Counted from the first letter of the stretch, positions 42,188 to 52,066 are shown. The stretch: DNA of 64,000 nt from Ramlibacter sp. (GCA_019449555.1 JAGRPN010000363.1:2884-66883); one strand, 5' to 3'. The notes: generated by a model not told the origin, from the sequence alone. Numbers and translations: made by a program.

Positions 42188-42248
42188 AGTTCTCCACGTC
42201 CCCGGACTATCATCGTTGACAGCGGCCGCCCCAGCCTCTACGATGGTG

Positions 42249-42264
42249 CTAATTAACCAATTAG
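42249..42264. promoter_or_regulatory. AT-rich palindromic candidate operator upstream of tctC
   Basis: CTAATT-AACC-AATTAG. Related core TGGTTAA also at 39818-39824 upstream of the epimerase. Confidence 0.4.
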
Positions 42265-42287
42265 GGAATTAACCTCCGGAGACCTCC

Positions 42288-43295
42288 ATGAACAAGCGCT
42301 TTTTCCTGAAGTCCGTTTCGATGGCCGTGATGGCCCTGGGCATCGTGTTGCCCGCGGCCGCCCAGTGGAAACCGACGCGGCCGATCAACCTGATCGTGCC
42401 CTGGGCCGCCGGCGGCTCGACCGACCAGGTCACCCGCGTCACCGCCGCCGAACTGGAAAAAGTGCTGGGCCAGACCATCGTGGTGATCAACCAGCCGGGC
42501 GCCTCGGGCGCGATCGGCACCAAGAGCGCGCTGGACGCGCCCAAGGACGGCTACACCTGGACGGCGGGCGCCGCGCAGGACCTGGGCACCTACCAGACGC
42601 TGGGCTCCCTGAACAGCAGCATCAAGGACTGGCACCTGTTCCTGAACGTCGCCAACATCCAGGTGATCGGCGTCAACCCGAAGACGCCCTACAACACGGC
42701 CAAGGACCTGCTCGACGCGATGAAGGCCAAGCCGGGCCAGATCAGCGTCGCGACCGCGGGCGTGACGTCGGCCGGGCACAACGCGATGGAGCTGATCTCG
42801 AAGGTGACCGGTGTGAAGTACCGCCACGTGACGTATGACGGCGGCAACCCCGCCGTGGTCGCCACCGTCGCCGGCGAAGCCGACGTCACCACGCAGCTCG
42901 CGGTGGAACAGGCCGACATGATCCGCGGCAAGCGCCTGCGCCCGCTGGCGGTCGTGAGCGACAAGCCGCTCGAACTCGAAGGCTACGGCACCATCCCGCC
43001 GCTGTCGCAGACGCTGCCCGGCTTCACCGCGCCGGCCAACTATTTCGGCATCTTCCTGCCCAAGGGCGTGCCGGACGAAGTGGTGAAGACGCTGGAGAAG
43101 GCCTGGGCCGAGCACATCGTCAAGAGCGAGGCGCTCAAGAAGTACGCCACCAGCCGCGGCGCCTTGTTCAATCCGCTGTACGGCGAGGCCGCGCAGAAGG
43201 CGGTGTTCCCCGCGATCCAGGCGAACGCCTGGCTATTGTTCAACGGCGGCAAGGCCAAGGTCTCGCCCGACACGGTCGGCATTCCCAAGCCCTGA
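42288..43295 (+). CDS. tctC: Tripartite tricarboxylate transporter substrate-binding protein (Bug/TctC)
   Basis: Signal peptide, IVPWAAGGSTD, INQPGASGAIG, YDGGNPA, GGAG RBS. Confidence 0.88.
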   Translation: MNKRFFLKSVSMAVMALGIVLPAAAQWKPTRPINLIVPWAAGGSTDQVTRVTAAELEKVLGQTIVVINQPGASGAIGTKSALDAPKDGYTWTAGAAQDLGTYQTLGSLNSSIKDWHLFLNVANIQVIGVNPKTPYNTAKDLLDAMKAKPGQISVATAGVTSAGHNAMELISKVTGVKYRHVTYDGGNPAVVATVAGEADVTTQLAVEQADMIRGKRLRPLAVVSDKPLELEGYGTIPPLSQTLPGFTAPANYFGIFLPKGVPDEVVKTLEKAWAEHIVKSEALKKYATSRGALFNPLYGEAAQKAVFPAIQANAWLLFNGGKAKVSPDTVGIPKP

Positions 43296-43324
43296 AAGAG
43301 CAGCGGGCCATCCCTGCCTGACGC

Positions 43325-43891
43325 ATGACCGAGTCCGCAGTTTCCCCGCCCGAATCCAGCGCCAGTGCGCCCGAGGGTGAAGCCCCGATTCACCCTCGCA
43401 GCGACCTGAAGGACGGATTGGGCTGGATGGTGCTCGGCATCGCGATCCTGGTCGGCTCGATCCGGATGGACCGGCTCGAGCAGCAGCACATCAATCCGTA
43501 CACGGTGCCGGGGCTGTTGCCCGGCCTGCTCGGGATCGCGATGATCCTGTTGGGCGGCATCCTCGCTTTGCGCAGCTGGCGCCGCGGCGCATTGCGGCTG
43601 GCGATTCCGGCGCCCACCGCCGACCGCCGCGAGGAACGCCGGCGGGTCTGGATCGTCGTCGCCTTGTGCACGGGATACGCCGTGGGCCTCGTCGGCCACG
43701 GCCTGCCGTTCTGGTTCGCGTCGGCCATCTACGTGACCGGCTCGATCCTCATCCTGCAAAGCCTCAGCCGCGACGAAGCCGAGCGGCGCTTCACGGTGCG
43801 TGCCTTCGTGAAGGCGCTGGTCATCGGCCTCGGTTCCGGCTTGATCACGTCATTGGTCTTCCAGGAGTTCTTCCTGGTCCGCATGCCTTGA
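43325..43891 (+). CDS. tctB: Tripartite tricarboxylate transporter small membrane subunit
   Basis: Four TM segments, PGLLP motif, C-terminal FQEFFLVRMP. Confidence 0.8.
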   Translation: MTESAVSPPESSASAPEGEAPIHPRSDLKDGLGWMVLGIAILVGSIRMDRLEQQHINPYTVPGLLPGLLGIAMILLGGILALRSWRRGALRLAIPAPTADRREERRRVWIVVALCTGYAVGLVGHGLPFWFASAIYVTGSILILQSLSRDEAERRFTVRAFVKALVIGLGSGLITSLVFQEFFLVRMP

Positions 43892-43922
43892 ACGGGCGCT
43901 GAAGTCCCCCCGAAAGCCTCCC

Positions 43923-45458
43923 ATGCTGCAAGGACTGTCCGACCTGGGCCATGCCTACCTCGGCTTTCTGAATGTCACCACGCTGGCCTACGGCCTGGGC
44001 GGCGCGTTCGTGGGCATCATCATGGGCATCTTGCCGGGCCTGTCGGCCACGCTGGCGATCGCGCTGCTCACCACGCTCACGATCAAGCTGCAGGCGACCG
44101 ACGCGATCCTGGTGCTGGTCTGCTCGTACGTGGGCGCGCTGTACGGCGGCTCGCGCACCGCGATCCTGCTCAACATCCCCGGCACCGCGGCCAACGCGGC
44201 GTCCTGTGCGGATGGCTATGCGCTGGCTTTGCAGGGCCAGGCCGGGCGCGCGATCGGCATCGCCACGTCGGGCGCGTTCGTGAGCACGCTGCTGGGCGTG
44301 CTGTTCCTGGCCACGTTCACGCCGACGCTGGCCGAAGTCGCGCTGTCGTTCGGCGCGTTCGAGTTCTTCTGGCTGTCGCTGTTCGGCGTCACCATGTCGG
44401 GCAGCATCGTCGGCAACGACCCGCTCAAGGGCTGGCTGATGGGCCTGCTGGGACTGTTCGTTGCCCAGATCGGTCAGGAAGGCCTGTACGCCTACGACCG
44501 TTTCACTTTCGGCTGGGACGAACTGGCCGGCGGCATCGCGCTGATCCCCGCGCTGGTGGGCGCGTTCGGGCTGGCCGAAGTGCTCACCACCCTGGCCGAC
44601 CCGGTGGAGCGCAAGATCATCGACATGAAGGACTCGGTGCTGCCGCGCTTCCGCGAGATCGTGCAGTACTGGCGCACGGTGCTGCGCTCCGGCCTGATCG
44701 GCGTGATGACCGGGCTGCTGCCCGGCGTCGGCGAGGACGCGGGGGCGTGGATGTCGTATGCGGCAGCCAAGGCGGCCAGCAAGGAAAAGGAGAAGTTCGG
44801 CAAGGGCTCGATCGACGGGTTGATGGCGGCCGAAACGGGGGACATGTCTTCCATCCCCGGCCACATGATTCCGACGCTGGCACTGGGCATCCCCGGCTCC
44901 GCGCCGTCGGCGGTGCTGATGGCGGCGATGATCATCCACGGCATCCAGCCCGGCCCGATGATGCTGATCGAGCATCCGCAATTCGTGTACCAGATGGTGG
45001 CGATGACCACGCTGGCCTCGCTCACCATCCTGCTGTTCGGCCTGTTCGGCGTCCGGCCGCTATTGCTGATCCTGAAGGTGAGGCGTTCCGTGCTGATGCC
45101 CATCGTGTTCCTGCTGTGCACGGTGGGCGCGTTCGCGAGCGCCTCGCGCCTGTTCGACATCTACGCGATGATGGCGATCGGCATCGGCGCGTTCTTCCTG
45201 CGCCGGCGCGGCTATGAGATGGCGCCGCTGGTGCTCGGGCTGGTGCTGGGCCACCTGATCGACAAGAGCCTGCGCCGCGGGCTGGTGCTCTCGGACGGCA
45301 GCCTGGTGCCGTTCTTCACGCGGCCGATCTCGGTGGTTTTCGCGACGGTCACCATTTTCACGATCCTGCTTTATGTGCCACCGTTCAAGGCGGCCGTGAG
45401 GCGCGTCACCGGCGCGATCGGCGGCGGCCTGCGCTCGCTGTTCGCGCGGCGCACCTAG
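43923..45458 (+). CDS. tctA: Tripartite tricarboxylate transporter large membrane subunit
   Basis: GILPGLSAT, YGGSRTAILLNIPGT, GLLPGVG, LALGIPGS, PLVLGLVLG. Confidence 0.92.
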   Translation: MLQGLSDLGHAYLGFLNVTTLAYGLGGAFVGIIMGILPGLSATLAIALLTTLTIKLQATDAILVLVCSYVGALYGGSRTAILLNIPGTAANAASCADGYALALQGQAGRAIGIATSGAFVSTLLGVLFLATFTPTLAEVALSFGAFEFFWLSLFGVTMSGSIVGNDPLKGWLMGLLGLFVAQIGQEGLYAYDRFTFGWDELAGGIALIPALVGAFGLAEVLTTLADPVERKIIDMKDSVLPRFREIVQYWRTVLRSGLIGVMTGLLPGVGEDAGAWMSYAAAKAASKEKEKFGKGSIDGLMAAETGDMSSIPGHMIPTLALGIPGSAPSAVLMAAMIIHGIQPGPMMLIEHPQFVYQMVAMTTLASLTILLFGLFGVRPLLLILKVRRSVLMPIVFLLCTVGAFASASRLFDIYAMMAIGIGAFFLRRRGYEMAPLVLGLVLGHLIDKSLRRGLVLSDGSLVPFFTRPISVVFATVTIFTILLYVPPFKAAVRRVTGAIGGGLRSLFARRT

Positions 45459-45465
45459 AACCATC

Positions 45466-46329
45466 ATGCAATTCGCACTCTGCAACGAGGTGCTCCAGCC
45501 CCTGCCGTTCCAGGAGCAATGCGCCATGGCCGCGGCGCTGGGCTATGACGGGCTCGAGGTTGCGCCGTTCACGCTCGCCGCCGACCCGATGGACATCACC
45601 GACGGGCAGGCCGGCGTGTACCGCCGCATGGCCGAAGACCAGGGCCTCGCGATCTCCGGCCTGCACTGGCTGCTCGTCGCACCGGCCGGCTTGTCCGTCG
45701 TCGACGCCGATGCGCAGGTTCGCGAGCGCACGGTCGCCGTCATGCGCCGGCTGGTGGAGTTGTGCGCGGCGATGGGCGGGCGCTACCTAGTGCACGGCTC
45801 GCCCAAGCAGCGCACCGTGCCGCCCGGGTCCAGCCGCGATGAGGCGCTGGCGCGAGCCCGCGAATGTTTTGCGCAGGCGGCAGCGACCGCGACCAGCTGC
45901 GGCGTCACGTACTGCATCGAGCCGCTGTCCACGCGTGAAACCGACCTGCTCAACACCGTCGCCGAGGCGGCGCGGATCGTGGACGAGATCGCCTCGCCCG
46001 GACTGAAGACGATGATCGATTGCAGCGCCGCCGGCCAGACGGAATCGCAGTCCGTCGCCGACCTGATGGCGCAGTGGATGCCCACCGGCCACATCGCGCA
46101 CGTGCAGGTCAACGACCCGAACCGGCGCGGGCCGGGCCAGGGCGAGATGCGGTTCACGCCGATCCTGCAGGCGCTGCTTCGCATGCAAGCGCAAGGGCAT
46201 TACCGCGGCATCGTCGCGGTCGAGCCGTTCGACTACGTGCCGGACGGGCCGGGCTGCGCCGCCCGCTCGATCGGCTACCTCAAGGGCATCCTCGAAGGAC
46301 TGGAGCGTCATGGCTTTCAGGGTGTGTGA
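45466..46329 (+). CDS. Sugar phosphate isomerase/epimerase (TIM barrel, ketose 3-epimerase-like)
   Basis: GYDGLEVAP, CIEPL, MIDC, HVQVND..RRGPGQG, VEPF. Confidence 0.82.
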   Translation: MQFALCNEVLQPLPFQEQCAMAAALGYDGLEVAPFTLAADPMDITDGQAGVYRRMAEDQGLAISGLHWLLVAPAGLSVVDADAQVRERTVAVMRRLVELCAAMGGRYLVHGSPKQRTVPPGSSRDEALARARECFAQAAATATSCGVTYCIEPLSTRETDLLNTVAEAARIVDEIASPGLKTMIDCSAAGQTESQSVADLMAQWMPTGHIAHVQVNDPNRRGPGQGEMRFTPILQALLRMQAQGHYRGIVAVEPFDYVPDGPGCAARSIGYLKGILEGLERHGFQGV

Positions 46330-47716
46330 GATCGAACTGTACGAGCGCCCGGTCGTGCTGCGCTTGCCGTTCCGCTTCGGCGTGGTGACGCTCACGGAAA
46401 GCCCGCAAGCCTTCGTGCGCGCGCGCATCGAATTCGCGGACGGCCGGAGCGCCTGGGGCGCCGCCGCCGAAATGATGGCGCCCAAGTGGTTCGACAAGAA
46501 CCTGGCGCTCTCGAACGAAGACAATTTCAGGCAATTGCGCGACGTGCTGCGGCTCGCGCGCGATGCCTACCTCGGCGACGCGGCGCCGGCCGGCGCCTTC
46601 GGTCATTTCGCGCGGCACTACGACGCTCATCTCGCCGCGGCGCAAGCGAAGGGCTACAACCCGCTGCTCGCGAATTACGGGCCGGCGCTGATCGATCGGG
46701 CCGTGCTCGACGCGCTCTGCCGCCATCAGGGCTTGTCCTTCTACGCGGCCCTGCAGGCCAATCTGCCGGGCATCGGCAGCGCGCGGCGCCCCGAGTTCGC
46801 GCCGTTCGATTTCAACGGCTTCCTGCGCGGGCTGCAGCCTTGCGCCGACATCGAGGCGCGGCACACGGTCGGCATGGTCGATGCGATTACCGCAGCCGAC
46901 CTCGCGCAGCGCGTGAACGACGGCCTGCCGGAAACGCTGGAAGAAGTGGTGCGGACTTACGGCCACCGCTATTTCAAGCTCAAGGTGGGCGGCAGGCTGG
47001 ATGCCGACCTCGCGCGCCTCGAAGCGATCGCCGCCGTGCTGGACCGCCGGAGCGATCCGTACTTCGTCTCGCTCGACGGCAACGAGCAGTACGAGAACGC
47101 GCAAGGCGTCGCCGAATTGTCCGCCGCGATCCGCCACCGCCCCGCCCTGCAGCGGCTGTGGGCGTCCACGCTGTTCATCGAACAGCCGATCGCGCGCAAA
47201 TTGGCCCTGGACACCGACTTGCGCGCGGCCGCGCCGGGCAAGCCGGTGATCATCGACGAATCCGACGGCGAACTCGACACCTTCTTGCGGGCGCGCGAGC
47301 GCGGCTATGCGGGGGTGTCGTCGAAAACCTGCAAGGGCCTGTACAAGTCGATCCTCAACGCGGCGCGCTGCGCGGCGTGGAACGCCCAGGAAGCCGGCGC
47401 GCGCTACTTCATGTCGGGCGAAGACCTGACGACGCAGGCGGGGCTGTCGGTGCAGCAGGACCTGGCGCTGGTGAACCTGCTGGGCATCCGCCACGTGGAG
47501 CGAAACGGCCATCACTACGTCAACGGCATGGCGGCGCAGCCGCGGGCGGAGCAGGACGCATTTCTCGCGGCGCACCCCGACATGTACGAGCGCACGCATG
47601 GCGCCGTGCGGCTCAAGATCCGCGGCGGGCGCATCGAGATCGGCTCGCTCGCGTGCGCCGGTTATGCCAGCGCCGCGATGCCGGACTTCGGCGCGATGCA
47701 GCCGCTGGCCGCGTAG
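46310..47716 (+). CDS. Enolase/mandelate racemase superfamily protein of unknown substrate
   Basis: KxK motif FKLKVGG, metal ligands in DGNE, IEQP and IDES. Overlaps the upstream gene. Confidence 0.75.
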   Translation: MAFRVCEIELYERPVVLRLPFRFGVVTLTESPQAFVRARIEFADGRSAWGAAAEMMAPKWFDKNLALSNEDNFRQLRDVLRLARDAYLGDAAPAGAFGHFARHYDAHLAAAQAKGYNPLLANYGPALIDRAVLDALCRHQGLSFYAALQANLPGIGSARRPEFAPFDFNGFLRGLQPCADIEARHTVGMVDAITAADLAQRVNDGLPETLEEVVRTYGHRYFKLKVGGRLDADLARLEAIAAVLDRRSDPYFVSLDGNEQYENAQGVAELSAAIRHRPALQRLWASTLFIEQPIARKLALDTDLRAAAPGKPVIIDESDGELDTFLRARERGYAGVSSKTCKGLYKSILNAARCAAWNAQEAGARYFMSGEDLTTQAGLSVQQDLALVNLLGIRHVERNGHHYVNGMAAQPRAEQDAFLAAHPDMYERTHGAVRLKIRGGRIEIGSLACAGYASAAMPDFGAMQPLAA

Positions 47717-47742
47717 GCCATGGCGGTGGGCCGCGAATTCAC

Positions 47743-50700
47743 ATGTTCAAGAAGATCCTGATCGCCAATCGAGGCGAAATCGCCTTAAGGCTGGTGCGCG
47801 CGGTGAGCGATCTCGGCGCGGCGAGCGTGGCACTCTACGCGCAGGACGATGCCGATGAGCCGCACGTGCGGCATGCCGACGAGGCCGTTGCGTTGGACGC
47901 CGGCGGCCCGGCGGCCTACCTGGGCATCGCACGAGTGATCGGCATCGCCCGCGACCGCCAATGCGACGCCGTGCATCCCGGCTACGGCTTCTTGAGCGAA
48001 CGAGCCGATTTCGCGCAGGCCTGCGCGCAGGCGGGGCTGGCGTTCATCGGCCCGACCGTCGAGCAGTTGCAGTTGTTCGGCGACAAGGCCCGCGCACGCG
48101 CGCTGGCCGCTCGATGCGGCGTGCCACTGCTCCCCGGCAGCGATGGCGCCGTGACGCTGGAGCAGGCGCAGGCCTTCTTCGCGGCGCAGGCGGGGGCCGG
48201 CGTGATGATCAAGGCGCTGGGTGGCGGCGGCGGGCGCGGCATGCGCGCGGTGCTCGATGCCGCGGACCTGCCCGAGGCGTATCGGCGCTGCGCGTCCGAA
48301 GCGCGCGCGTTCGGCGTCGAAGGCGTGTATGTCGAGCGGCTGATGCTTCATGCGCGGCACATCGAAGTGCAGGTGCTGGGCGATGGCGTCCATGTAATGA
48401 GCCTGGGCGAGCGGGAGTGTTCGCTGCAACGGCGGTTCCAGAAGCTGGTGGAAATCGCGCCCAGCCCGAGCCTGGGCGAGCCGCTGCGCCGGCAAATCAC
48501 CCAGGCCGCGCTCAAGATGGCGCGCCACACCCGCTACCGCAGCCTCGGCACCTTCGAGTTCCTGGTGGACGAGGGTTCCGGCGAGCTGCCGTTCGTGTTC
48601 ATCGAGGCCAATCCGCGGCTGCAGGTCGAGCACACGGTGACGGAAGAAGTGACCGGCCTCGATCTCGTGCAATTGCAGATCGCGCTGGCCGCCGGCGAAA
48701 CGCTGGCCACGCTCGGGCTCGACGCCGACCGGCCGCCGCAGCCGCAGGGCTTTGCGATCCAGTGGCGCATCAACGCCGAAACGCTCGACGCGAACGGCAA
48801 CGCACGCCCGTCCAGCGGGAGGCTCGAGCGCTTCGACCTGCCTTCGGGTCCCGGCGTGCGCGTGGACACGCATGGCGTGGCCGGCGCGTCGCCCTCGCCG
48901 CATTACGACACGCTGCTCGCGAAGCTGATCGTGCACTCGCGCGGCCCGCTGTTCGTCGATGCGGTGCGCCGCTCGCGCCGCGCGCTGGCCGAATGCCGCA
49001 TCGAGGGGCTTGCCACGAACGTGTCGCTGCTGGCGGCGCTGGCGGCGCGGCCGGAGTTCGAACAGCAGCAGGTCGATATCCGTTTCCTCGAATCGCAACT
49101 GCCTCGCCTGCTGGCCGAGGCCCAGGCGCATGAACGCAAGACGCGGCCGCTGCGCCCCGGCGAGCCGTATCCGCAGCAGGAGGAAGGCGTGTTCGCCCCA
49201 GGCCTGTCGGCCGTGCGGGCGCCGATGGCCGCCCGCCTGGTGCAGCTCGATGCGATCGAAGGCGAAGTCGTCGCGGCGGGAGACCCGGTGGCCGTACTCG
49301 AAGCCATGAAGATGGAGCATGTCCTGCACGCCGCCACGGCCGGCCGCGTCGCCGAGGTGCGGGCCCTGCCCGGCGAGTACCTGCGCGAACACCAGGTGCT
49401 GGTCCTGCTCGAGCCGCTCGAAGGCGAGGCGGCCACGGCCAGGGAACATGCCCCTGTCGATCCCGACGCGATCCGTCCCGACCTGCAGCGCGTGATCGAC
49501 CGGCACGCGTTCACGCTCGACGCCAACCGGCCGCAGGCGGTGGCACGCCGCCACGCGAGCGGCGGGCGCACCGCCCGCGAGAACATCGCCGACCTGTGCG
49601 ACGAAGGCAGCTTCATCGAGTATGGGGCGCTCGCGATCGCGGCGCAGACGCGGCGCCGGTCGATCCAGGACCTGATCGCCAACACGCCGGCCGACGGCAT
49701 GGTGACCGGCATCGGCACCGTGAACGCGAAAGAGTTCGGCCCGCAGCGCTCGCGCTGCGTCGTGATGGCCTACGACTACACCGTGCTGGCCGGCACGCAA
49801 GGCATGCGCAACCACCACAAGAAAGACCGCATGCTCGGGTTGGCGCACCAGCTCGAATTGCCGGTCGTGCTGTTTGCCGAGGGCGGCGGCGGGCGTCCCG
49901 GCGACGTCGACATGCCGATCGTCGCGGGCCTGAACAACCACACCTTCAGCCAGTTCGCCGCGCTGTCGGGCAAGGTGCCGGTGGTCGGCATCGTGCATGG
50001 CCGCTGCTTCGCGGGCAACGCCGCCTTGCTTGGCTGCGTGGACGCGATCATCGCCACGCAAGCCAGCAACATCGGCATGGGCGGGCCGGCCATGATCGAA
50101 GGCGGCGGCCTGGGCGCCTACAAACCCGAAGACATCGGGCCGAGCGACGTGCAGTCGCGCAACGGCGTGATCGACGTGCTGGTCCAGGACGAGGCCGAGG
50201 CGGTGGCTGCGGCGCGGCGTTACCTCTCGTACTTCCAGGGGCCGGTGGGGCGGTGGGAATGCGCCGACCAGCGCGCGCTGCGCCACGCCGTGCCGGAGAA
50301 CCGGCTACGTGTGTACGACGTGCACACGGTATTGCGCGGACTGCTGGACACCGGCTCGCTGCTCGAACTGCGCGCCGGCTACGGCGCGGGCGTGATCACG
50401 GCGCTCGGGCGCATCGAGGGCCGCGCGGTCGGCCTGATCGCGAACAATCCCAAGCACCTGGGCGGCGCCATCGACGTGGAAGCTGCCGACAAGGCGTCGC
50501 GCTTCATGCAACTGTGCAACGCGCACGGGCTGCCGATCGTGTCGCTCACCGACACGCCCGGTTTCATGGTCGGCCCCGAGATCGAGGCGCAGGCCCAGGT
50601 GCGCCACGCCTGCCGCATGTTCGTGGTCGCCGCGCACCTGTCGGTGCCGTTCTTCGCCGTGGTGCTGCGCAAGGGCTACGGCCTGGGCGCGCAAGCGATG

Positions 50701-51018
50701 ACGGCGGGCGGCTTCGACGCGCCGGTCTTCACCGTCGCCTGGCCCACCGGCGAGTTCGGCGCAATGGGCCTGGAAGGCGCGGTGAAACTGGGTTTCCGCA
50801 AGGAACTCGAAGCCGCCGCGCCCGGAGCGGAGCGCGATGCGCTGTACGACAAGCTCGTGGCCCGGCAGTACGAGAACGGGCAGGCGATGAACATGGCCGC
50901 GACGCTGGAGATCGACGCCGTGATCGACCCCGCCGAGACACGCAACTGGCTGGTGCGCGGGCTCGCATCGGCGACGCATCGCCAGCCGGCTGGAACGCGG
51001 TTCGTCGACAGCTGGTGA
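47743..51018 (+). CDS. Single-chain biotin-dependent acyl-CoA carboxylase (BC-BCCP-CT)
   Basis: KILIANRGEIA, HPGYGFLSE, QRRFQKLVE, EANPRLQVEH, biotinylation motif EAMKME, carboxyltransferase domain (GGGGRPGD, DTPGFMVG). Confidence 0.9.
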   Translation: MFKKILIANRGEIALRLVRAVSDLGAASVALYAQDDADEPHVRHADEAVALDAGGPAAYLGIARVIGIARDRQCDAVHPGYGFLSERADFAQACAQAGLAFIGPTVEQLQLFGDKARARALAARCGVPLLPGSDGAVTLEQAQAFFAAQAGAGVMIKALGGGGGRGMRAVLDAADLPEAYRRCASEARAFGVEGVYVERLMLHARHIEVQVLGDGVHVMSLGERECSLQRRFQKLVEIAPSPSLGEPLRRQITQAALKMARHTRYRSLGTFEFLVDEGSGELPFVFIEANPRLQVEHTVTEEVTGLDLVQLQIALAAGETLATLGLDADRPPQPQGFAIQWRINAETLDANGNARPSSGRLERFDLPSGPGVRVDTHGVAGASPSPHYDTLLAKLIVHSRGPLFVDAVRRSRRALAECRIEGLATNVSLLAALAARPEFEQQQVDIRFLESQLPRLLAEAQAHERKTRPLRPGEPYPQQEEGVFAPGLSAVRAPMAARLVQLDAIEGEVVAAGDPVAVLEAMKMEHVLHAATAGRVAEVRALPGEYLREHQVLVLLEPLEGEAATAREHAPVDPDAIRPDLQRVIDRHAFTLDANRPQAVARRHASGGRTARENIADLCDEGSFIEYGALAIAAQTRRRSIQDLIANTPADGMVTGIGTVNAKEFGPQRSRCVVMAYDYTVLAGTQGMRNHHKKDRMLGLAHQLELPVVLFAEGGGGRPGDVDMPIVAGLNNHTFSQFAALSGKVPVVGIVHGRCFAGNAALLGCVDAIIATQASNIGMGGPAMIEGGGLGAYKPEDIGPSDVQSRNGVIDVLVQDEAEAVAAARRYLSYFQGPVGRWECADQRALRHAVPENRLRVYDVHTVLRGLLDTGSLLELRAGYGAGVITALGRIEGRAVGLIANNPKHLGGAIDVEAADKASRFMQLCNAHGLPIVSLTDTPGFMVGPEIEAQAQVRHACRMFVVAAHLSVPFFAVVLRKGYGLGAQAMTAGGFDAPVFTVAWPTGEFGAMGLEGAVKLGFRKELEAAAPGAERDALYDKLVARQYENGQAMNMAATLEIDAVIDPAETRNWLVRGLASATHRQPAGTRFVDSW

Positions 51019-51073
51019 CGCACCTATCATGCGCGAAAACGCATCCCCCACCAGCGGCAACAAGGAGACCTGC

Positions 51074-51850
51074 ATGTACACCCCATTCGATTTGAGCGGG
51101 CGAGGCGCCGTCGTCACCGGCGGCAACGGCGGCATCGGCTTGGGCATGGCGCGCGCGCTGCTGGCGGCCGGCGCGTCGGTGGCGATCTGGGGCTCCAACG
51201 CGGAGAAGACCGCGAAGGCGAAGGCGCAACTCGCCGGCGAATGCGGCGATGCCTCGCGCGTGCACGCGTTCGTGTGCGATGTCGCGGACGAGGCGCAGGT
51301 GGAGCGCACTTTCGCCGCTTCGGTGATCGCGCTGGGGCGCGTCGATGCGTGCTTCGCCAACGCCGGCGTGTCCGGCAAGGGCACGCTGCTGGTGGACATG
51401 AGCCTGGAGGAATTCCGCCGGGTCCAGCGCGTCAACGTGGAAGGCGTGTTCCTCACGCTGCGCGCCGCGGCCCGCCACATGGCCGAGCGCGGCGAAGGCG
51501 GATCGCTGGTCGCCACCGCGAGCACCGCCGCGGTCGAAGGCGCCGCCCGCAACAGCCATTACGGTGCATCGAAAGGCGCGGTGACCTCGTTCGTGCGGGC
51601 GCTGGCCGTGGAACTGGCGCGCCATCGCATCCGCGTGAACTCCATCCTGCCCGGCTGGATCGTCACCGAGATGACTGAAAAGTCCGTGGCCAACGAGAAA
51701 TTCGCCGGCGCGGTGCTGCCTCGCATCCCCGCGCGGCGCTGGGGCGGGATCGACGATTTCGGCGGCATCGCCGTGTACTTGGCGAGCGACGCGTCGGGCT
51801 ATACGACCGGCGAGCAGTTCGTCATCGACGGCGGCTACACGAAGTTCTGA
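51074..51850 (+). CDS. Classical SDR oxidoreductase
   Basis: VVTGGNGGIG, NAG, YGASK, VNSILPGW, GEQFVIDGG. AGGAG RBS. Confidence 0.9.
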   Translation: MYTPFDLSGRGAVVTGGNGGIGLGMARALLAAGASVAIWGSNAEKTAKAKAQLAGECGDASRVHAFVCDVADEAQVERTFAASVIALGRVDACFANAGVSGKGTLLVDMSLEEFRRVQRVNVEGVFLTLRAAARHMAERGEGGSLVATASTAAVEGAARNSHYGASKGAVTSFVRALAVELARHRIRVNSILPGWIVTEMTEKSVANEKFAGAVLPRIPARRWGGIDDFGGIAVYLASDASGYTTGEQFVIDGGYTKF

Positions 51851-51871
51851 CTCACAGGCAGCGCGCCACGC

Positions 51872-52066
51872 TCACCGCTTCTCGCCGCCGCCGCTGGTGG
51901 CGGGCCCCTGCGGCTGGATCCAGAACACCTTGCGGGATTTCTCGCGCTCTTCCAGCAGCGCGGCGAGCTGCTGCTCCAGCATGAGCGTGGCGGGGTCCTG
52001 GGGGCCGAACGCCTCGGCCGATTGCCTGATCAGCGTTTGCAGCGACTCGATCAGTGGATCCGCCAT
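51872..52066 (-). CDS. Small hypothetical protein (64 aa)
   Basis: AAGGA RBS about 7 nt upstream, helical amphipathic composition, lies downstream of the serine hydrolase on the same strand. Confidence 0.5.
   Translation of the reverse strand: MADPLIESLQTLIRQSAEAFGPQDPATLMLEQQLAALLEEREKSRKVFWIQPQGPATSGGGEKR

Noticed and set aside
46486-47742. 419-aa N-terminal extension making the carboxylase 1510 aa
   Set aside because: It overlaps the enolase-family gene in another frame and reads as R/A/G-rich noise. The family N-terminus MFKKILIANRGE begins at 47743.
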